The notes under the pieces were generated by a model. The model saw only the letters and a list, made by a program, of their open reading frames with translations, had not been told where the DNA came from and did not search any database. A stretch of 60,695 nucleotides of DNA, the filler included, from Sphacelaria rigidula (taxonomy: Eukaryota): assembly GCA_964200075.2 (NCBI GenBank). It is 8 parts of 8 records of this genome, joined end to end, with 100 filler letters (N's around TTAATTAATTAA, not from the genome) between each part and the next. Parts side by side here need not be neighbours in the genome. Positions count along the whole stretch, not along the records: positions 45,599 to 53,097 come from CAXNAA020014637.1; positions 53,198 to 60,695 come from CAXNAA020014638.1; 6 more parts are not named here. The stretch is one strand, 5' to 3'. Below, one piece after another: positions 48,508-60,695 of the stretch. Both the position numbers and the translations under genes were made by a program. How positions within the stretch are numbered: position 1 is the first letter of the stretch; each line of letters opens with the position of its first letter.

Positions 48508-50611
48508 CGAAATCATAGAGGATGTTGTCGAGCCACACCCTCACCTTGATCACTTGTTGGCTTGCCTTGTCTTGCTGGCTTGTCTTGCTGGCTTGCGTGC
48601 TAGCTCGACTCTGGCACCAACGCCACAGTCTGCTCCTATGGCTGCGCCCCGGCTGTACTGGGCTAGAAAGGATAGCATATGCCACCAACACGTGAGTGTC
48701 TCTTCCTTCGAGCGGTTTCATAAGTATTTACTCCGTGATTGCATGAGAAGCTTAAGTCTGTATAGTGTGCCCTCGTGGGAGCTTCGTTTAGCTGGAACCA
48801 TGGTATATCTTGGCAGCTGTAGTGAGAGACGCTAGCCAACACATTAGCTACCTCCATCTTTACGACACGTATATTTATAATAGCAACTGTTTTTTCGTTC
48901 GAAGCAAGACAGTGAAGTTCGTGAAATTGTACATGGTTACTCGTGTACAGTATAGGCAGTCTGCACTGTCTGCACTGCGTGCAAGCAGTGGGTCTTGAGC
49001 GCGTGTGCGTGTCTCGTACAGTAGGATTTTAAGAGAAGCGGGCAACGTGCAGTGCAGACAGCCCAGGACCATCAGTTCTCTTCACCTACAATGCGGCGTG
49101 AAAAGGACTTCAACAACGTGAAGCTTTGTACTGCCTACGCTATCTATGAGCGTCCACGCAACTCGGTTGCCACCGTACCACGCAGTTTCGTCGCTAATTT
49201 CCGCCATGAAAGAAGATGCGCAAGGTTTCGCAAATATCAAATAAACAAAGTATACCCAACTACTACAGTGCATTTCGTGTTCTATGCTATAGGGTTGCAG
49301 TGGTAGCTAAGAATGTATGGGATGGAGTTTCCATGGTTCGCTTGACGGGTGTTGTCTTGCGTGGTGGTCTCTCGCATACGAGTTGAGTACCACTTTCCGC
49401 CTTTTGACCGTATGTTTTCGCGAAAGTGATTATTTGTTTCATCTCAAGTGCTTTTCCTTTGCGCGCATTGATCATAAATTTAGGTTCAAGCCTTCTGGGA
49501 ACCGAAATGTGGTGGACCTATCAGATCGAAAAAAAACAATTTCGACCACACCTTTTCGATCGAAAACAAATGTGCTGAGACACGTCCCAAGAACGAATAT
49601 CGGTGTATCCACCGCGGGCCCACTCGACAATCCAGTTCCCCACAACACAGATGTACCGCGGCGTGCCCAGACCCAGGTTCCGCTAGAGACCTCAATCGGT
49701 GGGATGCTTTGCCTATGTGGACACACGCTGCGCGCACATACATCGCAGGGGTAGTATCAACTCGACAATGAAGTTCCCCACAAGTACGTACCGCTGCCTA
49801 CCCAGACCCTGGCTCTTCTGGAGGCCTCGGTTGGATGCTATGCATATGTGGACACACGTCGCTCGTCGATGTGTCGCAGGATAGTACACAAGTAAACATA
49901 TCGAAAAGACCTCGGACCGTCAGCCCTTTTCTACTTATATGTAACCAACCAGCGCCCAGCCCCATGTCCCTGGCGCATGGAACACAGTGAAGCGAACGAA
50001 AAGCTGACCGACATTGTCATTCAATGAAAACGTTGAGAAACATTATCATCCAGCACTGCCCTGCTGAACCAAGTCACCGACGGCAACTCGACGTACCCGG
50101 TCGATATTCCGTGTCTCTCAAACGCGTCTGCACAGTCCACCGAATCCCAAGGTCTCCGACAGCAGTTACAGCTGTACGTCATCCGTCATGTTTGTGTATA
50201 TCTCGGCAATCCTACACTTCCCGCGGCCAGAACATCCACCATCCCCCGCATTGCACAGTGCCCAACCCATCGACTCGTCCCAAGCACAGTTGCTCGTACG
50301 CGGAGAGGCATATATATATACCCCGATTCGTAAACACGTAAAAAAACAAGGAACCCCTCCCCCCCCTGTCCTACGAGTGCTTTATAGATCCACTTACGAA
50401 CACCCACCCGACTCTGTAGAACAAAGCGAACGAACAACCAACTTGCCGTCCAGTTTCACTGCGACAGCGCAAAATGGAAGATGTAAGCCTTTCGTCACAT
50501 TGATATTGGGGTACTCCTCCACGCGCGCGCACATAGACGGCGGGGTCGGGTCGATCCCGCACGAAGTGGAGCAGTTTTTTACCGCCGTTACACGATATAA
50601 AACTGCGAATA

Positions 50612-52677
50612 TCAACCTTGGTATGGCCTCCAGACGGTCCCTCCATAGCTAGTTTTTTCAATATCCTCCACGTATATCGTGTCCACCTCAACTTTCATCC
50701 CATCCGAATGGCGTTTACACGTAATTCCTAGCTCTGCGCCACCAAAGGAGAGTCGCATCGACACCCCGCGACGAGCGAAAGAGGCGGTCATGTCCATTGG
50801 TACGGTAACTGAGATTGGATTGTGCAACATCCTCTTGACGCCCGAGTCCCGTATGTATTGGACATCTGCAGCGCACTGTTTTGTTACCAGAATATCGAAC
50901 TTCACTTTCTGTTGGTCTTCAGTCATTGGCTTAAATTCGTGCTCTTTGTCAGTCCCCACCGGAAGGTCTTCCCCCCTCTCGACGTATTTTGCGAACGTCT
51001 TGAGATACAGCTTACCCCTAACAATCGACATCTCAATATCGTCTTTACTGTGCGCCGGGTCTCTGACGTCGTACTTCGTCATTGCCGCGGTTCCGTATGT
51101 CAATCGAGCTTTGCGAGATATGAAGGGCCCCTGGTTAGCTCCGAAGAGTGCTGCTCCCAGAACCTGACGTGTGTCGGGCGGGGGGGGTGAGGATTAGAGC
51201 GCAATTGACTCGTTGGATTAGCATGTATGATAGTGCCGATCGAGGGTGGCAGCTGGATATCGACAAATGACCCGGCTCGTCGCCCCCATTTCGCAGGGCA
51301 TCACTCAAGAGCAAAAGGAAACGTTCTGCGGAGGCAGAAATTTTTACGTAGCGAGACACTACCCGATGGCGTGCGACTTCGTATTAAACCCTAAGCCCCT
51401 CCTCCCCTCTTGCAAACCACCTCAAATATTGTACTTACGATCGCGAGACTGGGTCTACGTGAAGCGATCACCCTCACAGCGCCGTGGTCGTCCCTTAGCC
51501 CACTGGTGACCGCCTTCTGCAGAAGGGGGCTGGAAGAAAACCCCCCGACCATGAAAACCATGGATATTCCCGGATGCTTGTCCAGTACCTCCCGACTTAC
51601 GCGTACGATTTCCTTGAAAGCATCTTCGAAAAAGCTCGACATCAATTCAGGCTCAATCTTCAGCACGCGTCCAGTCGCCTTGACTCCGGTCTGCCAGGGA
51701 CAACAGGATATTTGGAGGGATGCATGAGGCCACTCGAACCGCAACGGTTTCAAGGTCTTCTCATACTTCACTTTGGAGCGTTTAGTACATGGATTCAATG
51801 CAAATACATTTTTCATCGAAGTCCATACGTTTTATTGGATACGTCGCGATCGGGGGAACACGAGTCTCAGGTGAATACGGCAGTGTCCGGTATCCAATAA
51901 CATAGATGGTCAATGATGGGTCGCTAGTTTGCGTGATCGATAATCCACAACATGTCGCGGTTGTGGCAAAATCAAATAACGTGCCAAAACCGCGAATCGG
52001 ATTTGTAGCAGGATGTACCAGGATTTCAGCGGGTTTGGGATGCTGGTTCAATGTGCCGTCACGCTGACAGCGCGTGCGTTTACAACCCGATTCACGGATG
52101 ACGCGTGCTGTTAAACGTTTTCGTAGTATATAGGAAATTATGAGCAAACAATAACGCGTATCAGCTGCCATTCACATGGTAACGTCTCATACAATATGTC
52201 TCGCATAACGTTGCTGCAGCACGTTAAAATGTACACGCTGCATGTGGGTCGAGATTTCTCCGTTGGAGTTGTCCGTCTGAAGCCACCGCTTCAACGCCAG
52301 ATGTACTATTACCATGTTCAACGCAACGCGTACGCAACTAAGGGTCCGGGGCTCATGTGGTTCTCATTATGTCTTTAACCGTGCGCACAGTTGTCGTCGG
52401 CGTCGAAAGGAAATGAAAAGCATTGTTGCATATGCTACTGTCAAATACACCTCGAACCCATGAGAACACCCACCATAGTTGATGCGAAATATCCCACTGA
52501 GACCGTAAAGGTTTCCACATCCATCTCGATCTGGTCCAGGATGTCACTGAGCTGTAGCCGAACTGATCGTCCCTCCTGGTAATCCGTCTTCTTACTTTCC
52601 CAATCTTGCATGAGTGACAGCATCTGTGTCGACTTGTCAAGTTTGTCCCACGCTTCGTCCGTACATCCTAGTACGTC
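50612..52677 (-). CDS. 3' part of an HSPA12-like (atypical Hsp70) gene; exons 52677-52504, 51690-51439, 51163-50612
   Basis: All splices are phase 0 with AG/GT. Motifs LMQDWESKK, LMSSFFE, VFMVGGFSSSPLLQ, PSLAIVLGAALFG, SRKARLTYG and LSFGGAEL are typical of the HSPA12 subfamily. A small exon between the first two may be missed. Confidence 0.88.
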
Positions 52678-53218
52678 CTATCAGAGCCACACATTCGACA
52701 AACGAGGAGGGCGCACTAAAGACCGCGTGAGGGGACGATGATATGCAGGTATCGGGTTCTAGCGTCTGCCAACAACACCTTCGGTGATCAAGTACATCAC
52801 CCAAGACACTGGTATAGCCGATGTTTATGTCGGTGAAGCCTGTGATGCGTGGGAGGATCGCGTGCTTAGAGGACCGCATCGGAATTCCAGCATCACCTAT
52901 CGTTGGGGTCAGGGGGGTAGTACCTGAAGGGACTGGCCCGATTGGTTTTGGAAAACGTCAATCCTGGGGCGTTTTGAACTATGGCGCGGTCCTTTAAGCA
53001 CGCGGTTCCCTCACGCAATACAAAGCCACTCCAGAGTAATGCTACGGTAGGGGGTGTACTCATGATCATGCATGCCATAGTCATAGGACCATTGACCNNN
53101 NNNNNNNNNNNNNNNNNNNNNNNNNNNNNNNNNNNNNNNNNTTAATTAATTAANNNNNNNNNNNNNNNNNNNNNNNNNNNNNNNNNNNNNNNNNNNNGGG
53201 GCGGGCGGATGCACTCAC

Positions 53219-56172
53219 TTGCATGGTCCTGGAAGAGGGTTTGGCGGGGTCGAGTGCTTCCATTTGCGGCTCCGTCTGGCCGACGAGAAACGTCCTGAAC
53301 GCACAAGGAAGAACAATGAGCAACAACAACAACAAAAACAACGATGACAAGTGAACCGTTCTGGAACCGTTGATGGACACGTGACGACTTATAAGTGACG
53401 ATTTACAAGTGACGACTTATAAGTGACGATGTACAAACTTTCGTCACCGTGGAAAACATCACTTCGAGTGCGATGCACGAATCCGTTACGTGAGTATACT
53501 TGAACTTGGAGTGGCGCACCGTTTTGTCGGTCTGCATGCATCAACACTTGCAGAAAAACAACCGTATCCTGCCCAAGAAAACGTCAATCGCAAATCGTCA
53601 CTTTCTTATCAACGCTTCCAAAAGGGTCAAGTAAAACCGCAATTATAGGACAAACCTACATTAGTCGTACATTTGCGTCGTGCCGCTGCGCCCCTAGTGG
53701 TATTTTACTACTTTTTTTTTCGTCATAATTTCAACCCCATCCGTTCCCTCGGGGACGACTCCGTGGTGTCAAGGAATTCATCAACCCATCTTCCCCCCGG
53801 TTCATATACACACATGCCTTTGCATTTTGGTTTCCCGAATTGGATCATGACCATCAGCACTCACTCCAGCGCACAATGGCGTCGACCTTTATCGGACACA
53901 CCCCTGTATCACAGACAGTTTTTTTTTGGCTACTCACGTCCTTACCGCTGTCAATCATGGGAATCACATCCTTTGAATAAGGGAAAAACCCACACTGGAC
54001 ACGTATGGTGCTGATTGAACCCGCGGTCTCTGCACCCTAATGGTGTCAGTTGGACCATTAGAACACCGGGGTGCAGCGACTTGACCGCTACTCCAAAAAG
54101 TTGGTCACGGTGGAAGCTGGCGAGATCGACCCCTGGTAGATAAGAACGTTGGTTTCTGCTCTTGAAATTGAGAGCGTGCGGTCAGACGTGAGCAGCAGGT
54201 TTTTTCATTTTATTTCTCTTGAGTCCGACGAAAGTCCGCAGGGTGCAAGCAAGAGTGCGTATCCAATCCTTGGGGGGAAAAAAAAAGAAGAAAAAAAGCA
54301 GGCGAAGTGCCGCGGGAGAAAGCCGTTGCCATCGCTCAAGACTACAACAGATACATACGTCACGAGGAAGGGGAGAGGTTTGTTGAAATCAATGACGAGC
54401 AAGAAAGAAAGAAAAGACGGAAGCATGCTGTACGGTAAAGTGTTTGTTGTATCGGAGCAGCAGCGGTCTCGAGCACGCCGAAAAATTCCTGCACCATTGC
54501 TTTCCCCAGAACATCTTTGTGTGTAATTTTTTACCCCCCGAAAACAGAACGTCCGACAGATAATCACGTAACTTTCAACCGAAAACATCGAATGAGGTCA
54601 TGAATCTCTTTTGGCAAATACATCCGTTGGTTATTTCCGTAGCCTTCCGATAGAGCGAGAACATCGGATATGGTGGAAATGGATGCACAACAATTCGTTG
54701 CACATGGGCAGCGATTTTGCACTTACATTAGATGTCATCAGTTAGACTAACCTACTTCTCTTGTTCTAGAAAACAAGCTTCGATTTTCTACGGGGGAATT
54801 TTTTTGTTCTCTCCTTCGGTGTTCTCAACAGCACTTGATTCCTTGTTTTTGTTTCCTTTCATCAACTGTTCATTTTTTTTTCGTTTTCACCCTGCCTCGC
54901 GTGCCTATGCCATCTCGAAAACGCTCCGGGCGCCTACTTCATCAATAAAAGGTGACTCCTATATACGTTTATACATTGAATATATATATAGTTCTTTGTT
55001 GTATTTCGTGCTCGACCGCCACTCACACTGGCAAGTTCCGAATGACGAAGTGTTGCGCAAGTCGCAACACCGATGTCGCCGCTTTCGAATCTCCGCCCCC
55101 GCCCATACCCCCGAAAAACCCGGCCTGCAAAAAAGGGAGAGAAAGATAGAAACAGAGTTGAATAGAGTTGAATTGAGTGCAAAAGAAAGAAAAACTTGTG
55201 AAAAAAAACGAGGGCCACACTGACGTTCCAGGGAGTTTTTGACAAAATCTCAGTCGCCGGCAAAACGCTTGAATCTCTCCACGAGAACCTAACCTGGAAA
55301 ATCATCAAGTATTCGACTCTCTTGCTCTTTTTTTTTCTTCTTCTCAAACTATATTTGTTTTTCCCTGCGGTTCGTCATCTTCATCGCGCTTAAGCCGAAA
55401 AGAAACTTGTTTCGGACCAAAAACGGTCAATAACACTCCCTGTCAATTCAGCTGGAAAATTGTTCACTATTGAACGCAGCAACGGTTCTTGTTTCGGAGT
55501 GTGGAGCGGATGCCTAGTATCTCCCCACTCCCGAACGTGGGGATCAACCGCGCGCTGGGATGAGCGCTGGCACGCGACAAAAACACGAAAATCGCCGACT
55601 ACGAAAAAGTGATACAAATCCCCGATTTCAGATGAAAACTACTGTATATCTCGCATATGGATGACAGCCTACAACGAGTTGTTGCATTTTCATGTATCGT
55701 CACGTCTAGTGACAGTCACGCGTTACACCGCCTCACGACTGACATCAATTGAAATCAATCGACGTCGATCAAAATCTATGAAAATCAATCAAAACAAACC
55801 AGAATAAAAAAATCAATCAAAATCAATCAAAATCAATCAAAATCAATCAGAGTCAGTAAACATCAGTCATAATCAGTAAACATCGATCAGAATAAATAAA
55901 AATCAATCAATATCGATCGAAATCAATCAAAATCAACCAAACTTGATCAAAATCACAATCAATATCAATCAAAATCAGTACCTGCCGATCACTCTTTACC
56001 TTGACAAAAAAAAAAAGGCTGAATAAATCTTGGTCCTACGTTGTACCTCACCTCGTCTAATTCCCGCATTAAACAAACACACCTTTGCCTTCTGCTTGGC
56101 CTTCTCCTGGTAGTTTTGTTTCTCCCGTTTGCTAAGGGGCTCGCGGATGATGAGGAAATCCGTATCTCGCGC
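53219..56172 (-). CDS. TAF1: Internal exons of TFIID subunit 1 (DUF3591 region): 56172-56083, 55124-55027, 53294-53219
   Basis: Phases match (0, then 2). The joined peptide ARDTDFLIIR...HFVIRNLPVTFLVGQTEPQME parallels the conserved TAF1 segment ETDFLIIR..YYIRE...FVVGQQCP (recalled, not searched). Confidence 0.82.
53382..53436. repeat. 14-bp tandem repeat, about 4 units
   Basis: GTGACGACTTATAA / GTGACGATTTACAA units. Confidence 0.85.
53735..54073 (-). mobile_element. SINE-like family G in a TAF1 intron
   Basis: Minus-strand head CACCCCGGTGTTCTAATGG...CGGGTTCAATC; body homologous to 31815-32100. Confidence 0.7.
55745..55978. repeat. AAAATCAATC minisatellite
   Basis: Degenerate 10-bp units, perfect at ~55809-55848. 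Confidence 0.9.
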
Positions 56173-57815
56173 CTGTTTTGGGTTTTTGTACAACACGCAA
56201 TTCGTCCATAAAATCGACCAGTTGATCATCGTGCATCATTATCAACCCTGAGGAACCCAGCCATGGTCATTATGCACAAGATAAAGACAAATGTACCCGA
56301 GATAAAAATGAAACGTAAATACTCGCTGAAGAAAGGTGAAGAAGAACAGAGTAGATGGAACAGACAAAAAGAGTAGATAGACTGAAAACGGAACAAAAAA
56401 ACTGTGTCGAGGAAAAACACACAAAAAAAAACACATCCTTCCAAGATTTGACCGCCTGACCCCGACGATGCCGGTAGGTTGACTTCAGTTGTACTCCACC
56501 GCGGGCGTCTCGTTATTCATTTTGAGTACAGTTCATCCATAACAGTCTTTTACTTAGTTTTAGTTCATCGCTTGGGGGGGAGGGTCGGGGGGGAGGGAGT
56601 GGAATCCTCTTGAAGGGAAGGGTGCCAGTTTCCAGGTCGTCGGAGAAAGCTTCCCGAATCCAGCGATGCGTAATTTCTTATCCGGCACACTTTTAACCCC
56701 TCCACTCCATCGGACGCGTCCGCAGTCCAAGCGGAAATAAGTATATCTGTCTCCCGGGTAATGCCTGATACTTTGGTATTTTGTCGCGGATTAGGTCAGC
56801 AGAAACGGCGGAAATTAAATGTCGTACTCCTTGAGAAAACCGCCGCCTAGACTATAGTTGTATGTGCTGGAATCGACCCCCCCCCCCCCCCCCCCATGGT
56901 CCGGTGAGAACAAGGTGTGATCCGCCCCCGCTCGGTCGGCGATGACGCTGTAGAAACGCGCTACTCATTGCGTAAGCTAGCCAACCAGGTTGCCGACTTT
57001 TCATGCGCTCTTGCGTTCTTCTGCGTTAACCCTGATGGTGGTCGAGCTACTGTAGATCATATTGTGCGGCGTGGGAGAACCTCAACTCCGCGCAAAGGAG
57101 ATGATCGTCCTACATGGTGTTTAAATGGCGAGACACCCATGAAACACCAACCCGTGTCTGTCTCTGGAAGCGGCCGATACCAGCAGATGAAGCATCTCAT
57201 TGGGAGCTGTCATCCTAATGCATGGTAATCAGTACGTCTCGGGCCGAACAATCTCAGGAGGATGCAGCTCGCCCTTCATGCGACTCGCCGAACACACTAC
57301 GGCACTTCGCACTTGGTGGTTGCTTGCGAGCCTGGTCCGGCGGAAACCCGGCGTGCTCTGTCCCGGCTTTGTAGGGATGCGAGATCAATGGTCTCATGAC
57401 TATGGCATGCAAGATTTGTGGGTATAACTTCTCCCAAACCAGCCCCGAAACTGTCACGAAGAAAAATGGTCATACTGCGCATGATCGCTGATTTCAGATT
57501 GCGTGAAGAGCCCCATATGGGGGACATGGGTGAAAACGATCCCAAGCGTGGGAGTTCCCTACAGCTCGATTTGCTTGGCTGTTGTCATTTTGATTCGCAT
57601 GTAGATTTTGCCTCCTCGAACTAACCACTTTTCTGAGGGGGGTGATTTTGATTGATGATTTTGATTGTCGCACTTTAACTGACCCTCCAGGGGTCCAGCC
57701 GTGGTCCCATGATAGACGTACCCAAGAAAAACGAAACTGAAACACGCTCTGAAGAGAAGAAGGAACATAAAAACATAAAAATAAAAAAGTCGAACAGAAC
57801 GATAAAGCAGACTAA

Positions 57816-58282
57816 GGCTACTTCTTATGTATCGAAAAGTAAAACTTATTGAAAAGGGCATTTTTGGCCCTTCGCCATTGTTTTTCCCCCGAAAAGAGGG
57901 CGAGGCAGATGTTGACACCTTGGAATGACTTGCTCTACTCGCTGAGACCGTTCCAGAGCACCTTTGCGTTTTCCGTAGGTCATAGTTTCATTTTCGACCA
58001 AACTTGCATTTTCAATAACAGACGGTCAAGTTGTCAAAAAATGGCAGTTTTCGCCCCGTTTTCTTATAACTTGACCGTCTGTTATTGAAAATGCATTTTT
58101 GGCCAAGAACGAAACTGTGACCTACGGAAAACGCAAAGATGCTCCGGAACGGTCTCAGCGAGTAGAGCAAGTCATTCCAAGGTGTCAACATCCGCTGAGT
58201 CCTCTTTTCGGGCCAAAAACGACGGAGAAGGGCCAAAAAGCACTTTTCAACAACTTTTTTTTTCGATACATGAGAAGTAGCC
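57816..58282. mobile_element. PIF/Harbinger-type foldback MITE (467 bp)
   Basis: GGCTACTTCTTATGTATCG...CGATACATGAGAAGTAGCC with ~220-bp arms; direct TAA at 57813-57815 and 58283-58285. Confidence 0.85.
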
Positions 58283-58946
58283 TAAGTCGTAACAAAAAAA
58301 AAGTAATAAACAAAGTCAACACAAGCAAAGCACAGAAAGAGATGGCCGACTTGAAACAAAAAAGAGGGGAAAGAAGAGAAAAGTACACAGCAAATAAAAT
58401 AAAAAAACAATGAAACAATGACAAAAAAAAAGAAGGAAAAGGCCCAAGGGATTCAGGGGTGTGGGGGGGCTATCGCGGCATCAGTCTACCGTGAATTCCC
58501 AGGCAAAGGGGTTTTACACAGGTTTCTCTGACTGAATGTCCGTTTACAGAGCCCAAATCGGCGCCGATTGAGGCAAACACGCCCCGGAGCACGGTGGCGG
58601 ACACCTTGGACTGTAGGCCTGAAAAAAATCGAATATGATCGCCTACACTAAAACCAAGTATATGTTCAAGCATGGAAACTGGCGACCAATTTGCGTAAAC
58701 TCTGATGCTCGAGAAAGCACATGGGGGCGAAATTTTGAATCCAGTACGCAGTAGTGCATGGAACCTCCTCATACTTGAGAGTAGAGTACTGAAAAGGCCG
58801 GGCTATGATTTTTCTGTCCGCCGGCTCAAAGGTAGGTTTCAAAGATGTGCGGTGATTCTTATCGTGGTCGTCGGTTCGAAAGATTCCATACCTTGGATAA
58901 TGTATGGTCAATAGATGCAATGGACGAGAAAAAAGTACTGGGTTAA

Positions 58947-59043
58947 CCTTTAGACCTCGAGATTAGTCTTTCTGGATCATGCATACTTTTTTCACTAGAA
59001 ATTGATGCCGATTCAACAGAAGACTAACCTCGCGGTCTAAAGG
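58947..59043 (+). mobile_element. piggyBac-type MITE (97 bp)
   Basis: Near-identical to 29635-29731; TTAA/TTTA flanks. Confidence 0.9.
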
Positions 59044-60371
59044 TTTAGTATAGGCCTATTGCATCTATTGACCATATTTTGTCCATGGTGTGAAATCTTC
59101 GCGCTGGTCCAAGAACTTCCCTCATTTGAAGATACAACGAAGGTTTCATTTTTGCCCGTCAGATCTACACACAGATTCAAAGGTGAGGTGGTTTCCGCAT
59201 TGGCCATTGGTCCCGCAAATTTGCGTCGGTGCAAGAGGCTGCCTGGTCCCACTACCATTACAGACTCGAGAAAGTGTTCCCGGGGCACACAAAACCAACA
59301 CGAGCTAAAATTCACACCCTGGACAATACAATATGTAATACATATTGCCCGCTCAATAGGTCTAATTATATAATGGTTAATCAGTTCACTCATGACTATT
59401 TGTTGAGATATGTGGTTTTTATTTTTTGAATAGGGGGAGAACAATATATGATACAAGGTTCCCCTTCGGGAGGTTGGTACGGGCCTACCGGGGGTGACGC
59501 GAGTCGATAATATAAAATATACTTCGTATGCCTTCTCAGTGCGCTGCAAAATAAAGCATGGGAAAAATGCCTTGCTGGCAGAGAAAACTCGGCAAAAGTG
59601 GTGAACATGTGAAATGATACATGTACATAATACACATGGTTTGAATGAAGGGAGAAAAAGCGCGCAAGTCATCGCTTTGTCCGCTTCGATCGAGCAGGTA
59701 TATATTACCCTCCGCGAAAAAGAAACGGACGTGGACAAACAAACACAACCAATGAGGGAGCATCCAATTACGTAGAACGATGTTTTCGTGAGATTAAGAG
59801 TAGAGGATACGATTGAGAAGGGAAAGCGGTCAATTAGTGATTCAATCGTTTCAGTTCCGAAATGCCCCTCCGCGACACCCTTACCGTAGTAGCTGGCTAA
59901 CTCACAATTATTAACCTGTGAAGTACCGGCGCAGAGATGTTCCTGTGGAGTCAGTGTTGCGCCAAAAGGAAAAAAAAAAAAATCGGAACAAAATCTGACC
60001 GTTTTGCCCTCTAGTGCGCACTGCTGCAGCGCACAGCACCAGATAAAGCGACTTGGATCTGTTGATTGTGGTTTGCACAACCTATGAGCGATGTTTCAGC
60101 GCCTCGCGGCGGCTGCAGCGCGCTCAGGGACGTGCGCCATGAAGTGAGCAGCTCTACAGACGGTATGCCGATCGATGCACTACAGATGGTCATGATCCAG
60201 AAATGGCCGCAGAACAGATCGGACCGGTGCCAGTCTGCTGCTGCATCTGCCGTCCAGCCGCTCAACATGTCTAAGTTTATGCATCTGCGCATGCATATAT
60301 GCTTTCGTCTGTAGTGCGACACTGGTAGATCTGAAGAAATGTGTATAGACAACGATTGGTACTCGATTGAA

Positions 60372-60491
60372 CCCTTTGGGACCTCACTGACGATTGTTGA
60401 TTTTGTGAATCGGCATATCATTTTCAGCCATTTTCGAGTCAAAATGATGCCGTTTCACAGAAACAAAAATCGTCAGTGGGGTCTCAAAGGG
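60372..60491. mobile_element. piggyBac-type MITE, second family
   Basis: CCCTTTG...CAAAGGG termini, TGAA/TTAA flanks; homolog of 16464-16580. Confidence 0.85.
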
Positions 60492-60695
60492 TTAACTTGG
60501 TTTCAGACTAAAGCAAGTTCTGTGAAAAATCATGATTTGGGGCAGGTGAGCAGTGGCGAGCAGTTGAATCAATGCGTCCAGAACGTGTTTTGGTCCAAAA
60601 TCGGCTCAAAGGCGTCGATTTGAGCTCCCGCAACGCACGCTTTACTTAACTCTTTTGGGACCGGACCCCCACTAACACAGGGTTGACCCTGTGTT

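Noticed and set aside
59037..60080. 347-aa minus-strand ORF
   Set aside because: Composition rich in F/C/S/I with no recognisable domain; it overlaps repeats and is probably a chance open frame.

Overview
This is eukaryotic, intron-rich, repeat-dense DNA. A brown alga (Phaeophyceae) is the most likely source, inferred from exon/intron style and repeat content rather than proven. The window is not one locus. It is eight contigs of 7500, 7500, 7500, 7500, 7499, 7499, 7499 and 7498 bp, joined by identical 100-nt spacers (N44-TTAATTAATTAA-N44), so nothing across a spacer can be treated as linked. Supportable genes are all partial and spliced: a coiled-coil protein (contig 1), a CW-type zinc-finger protein (contig 4), an uncharacterised minus-strand gene (contig 6), an HSPA12-like Hsp70 (contig 7) and three TAF1 exons (contig 8). 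Contig 2 holds two decayed Ty1/copia retrotransposons facing away from each other. Most of the rest is non-autonomous elements: hAT-type MITEs with 8-bp TSDs, piggyBac-type TTAA MITEs, Harbinger-type foldbacks, two tRNA-headed SINE-like families, and several unrelated MITE bodies sharing one unclassified GA(G/C)...CG(A/G)TAG terminus. I found no CRISPR array, rRNA, intact tRNA or operon-like novel system. The best leads are the unclassified TIR family, the CW finger lacking its reader tryptophans, and a copia PBS that resembles tRNA-Gln.
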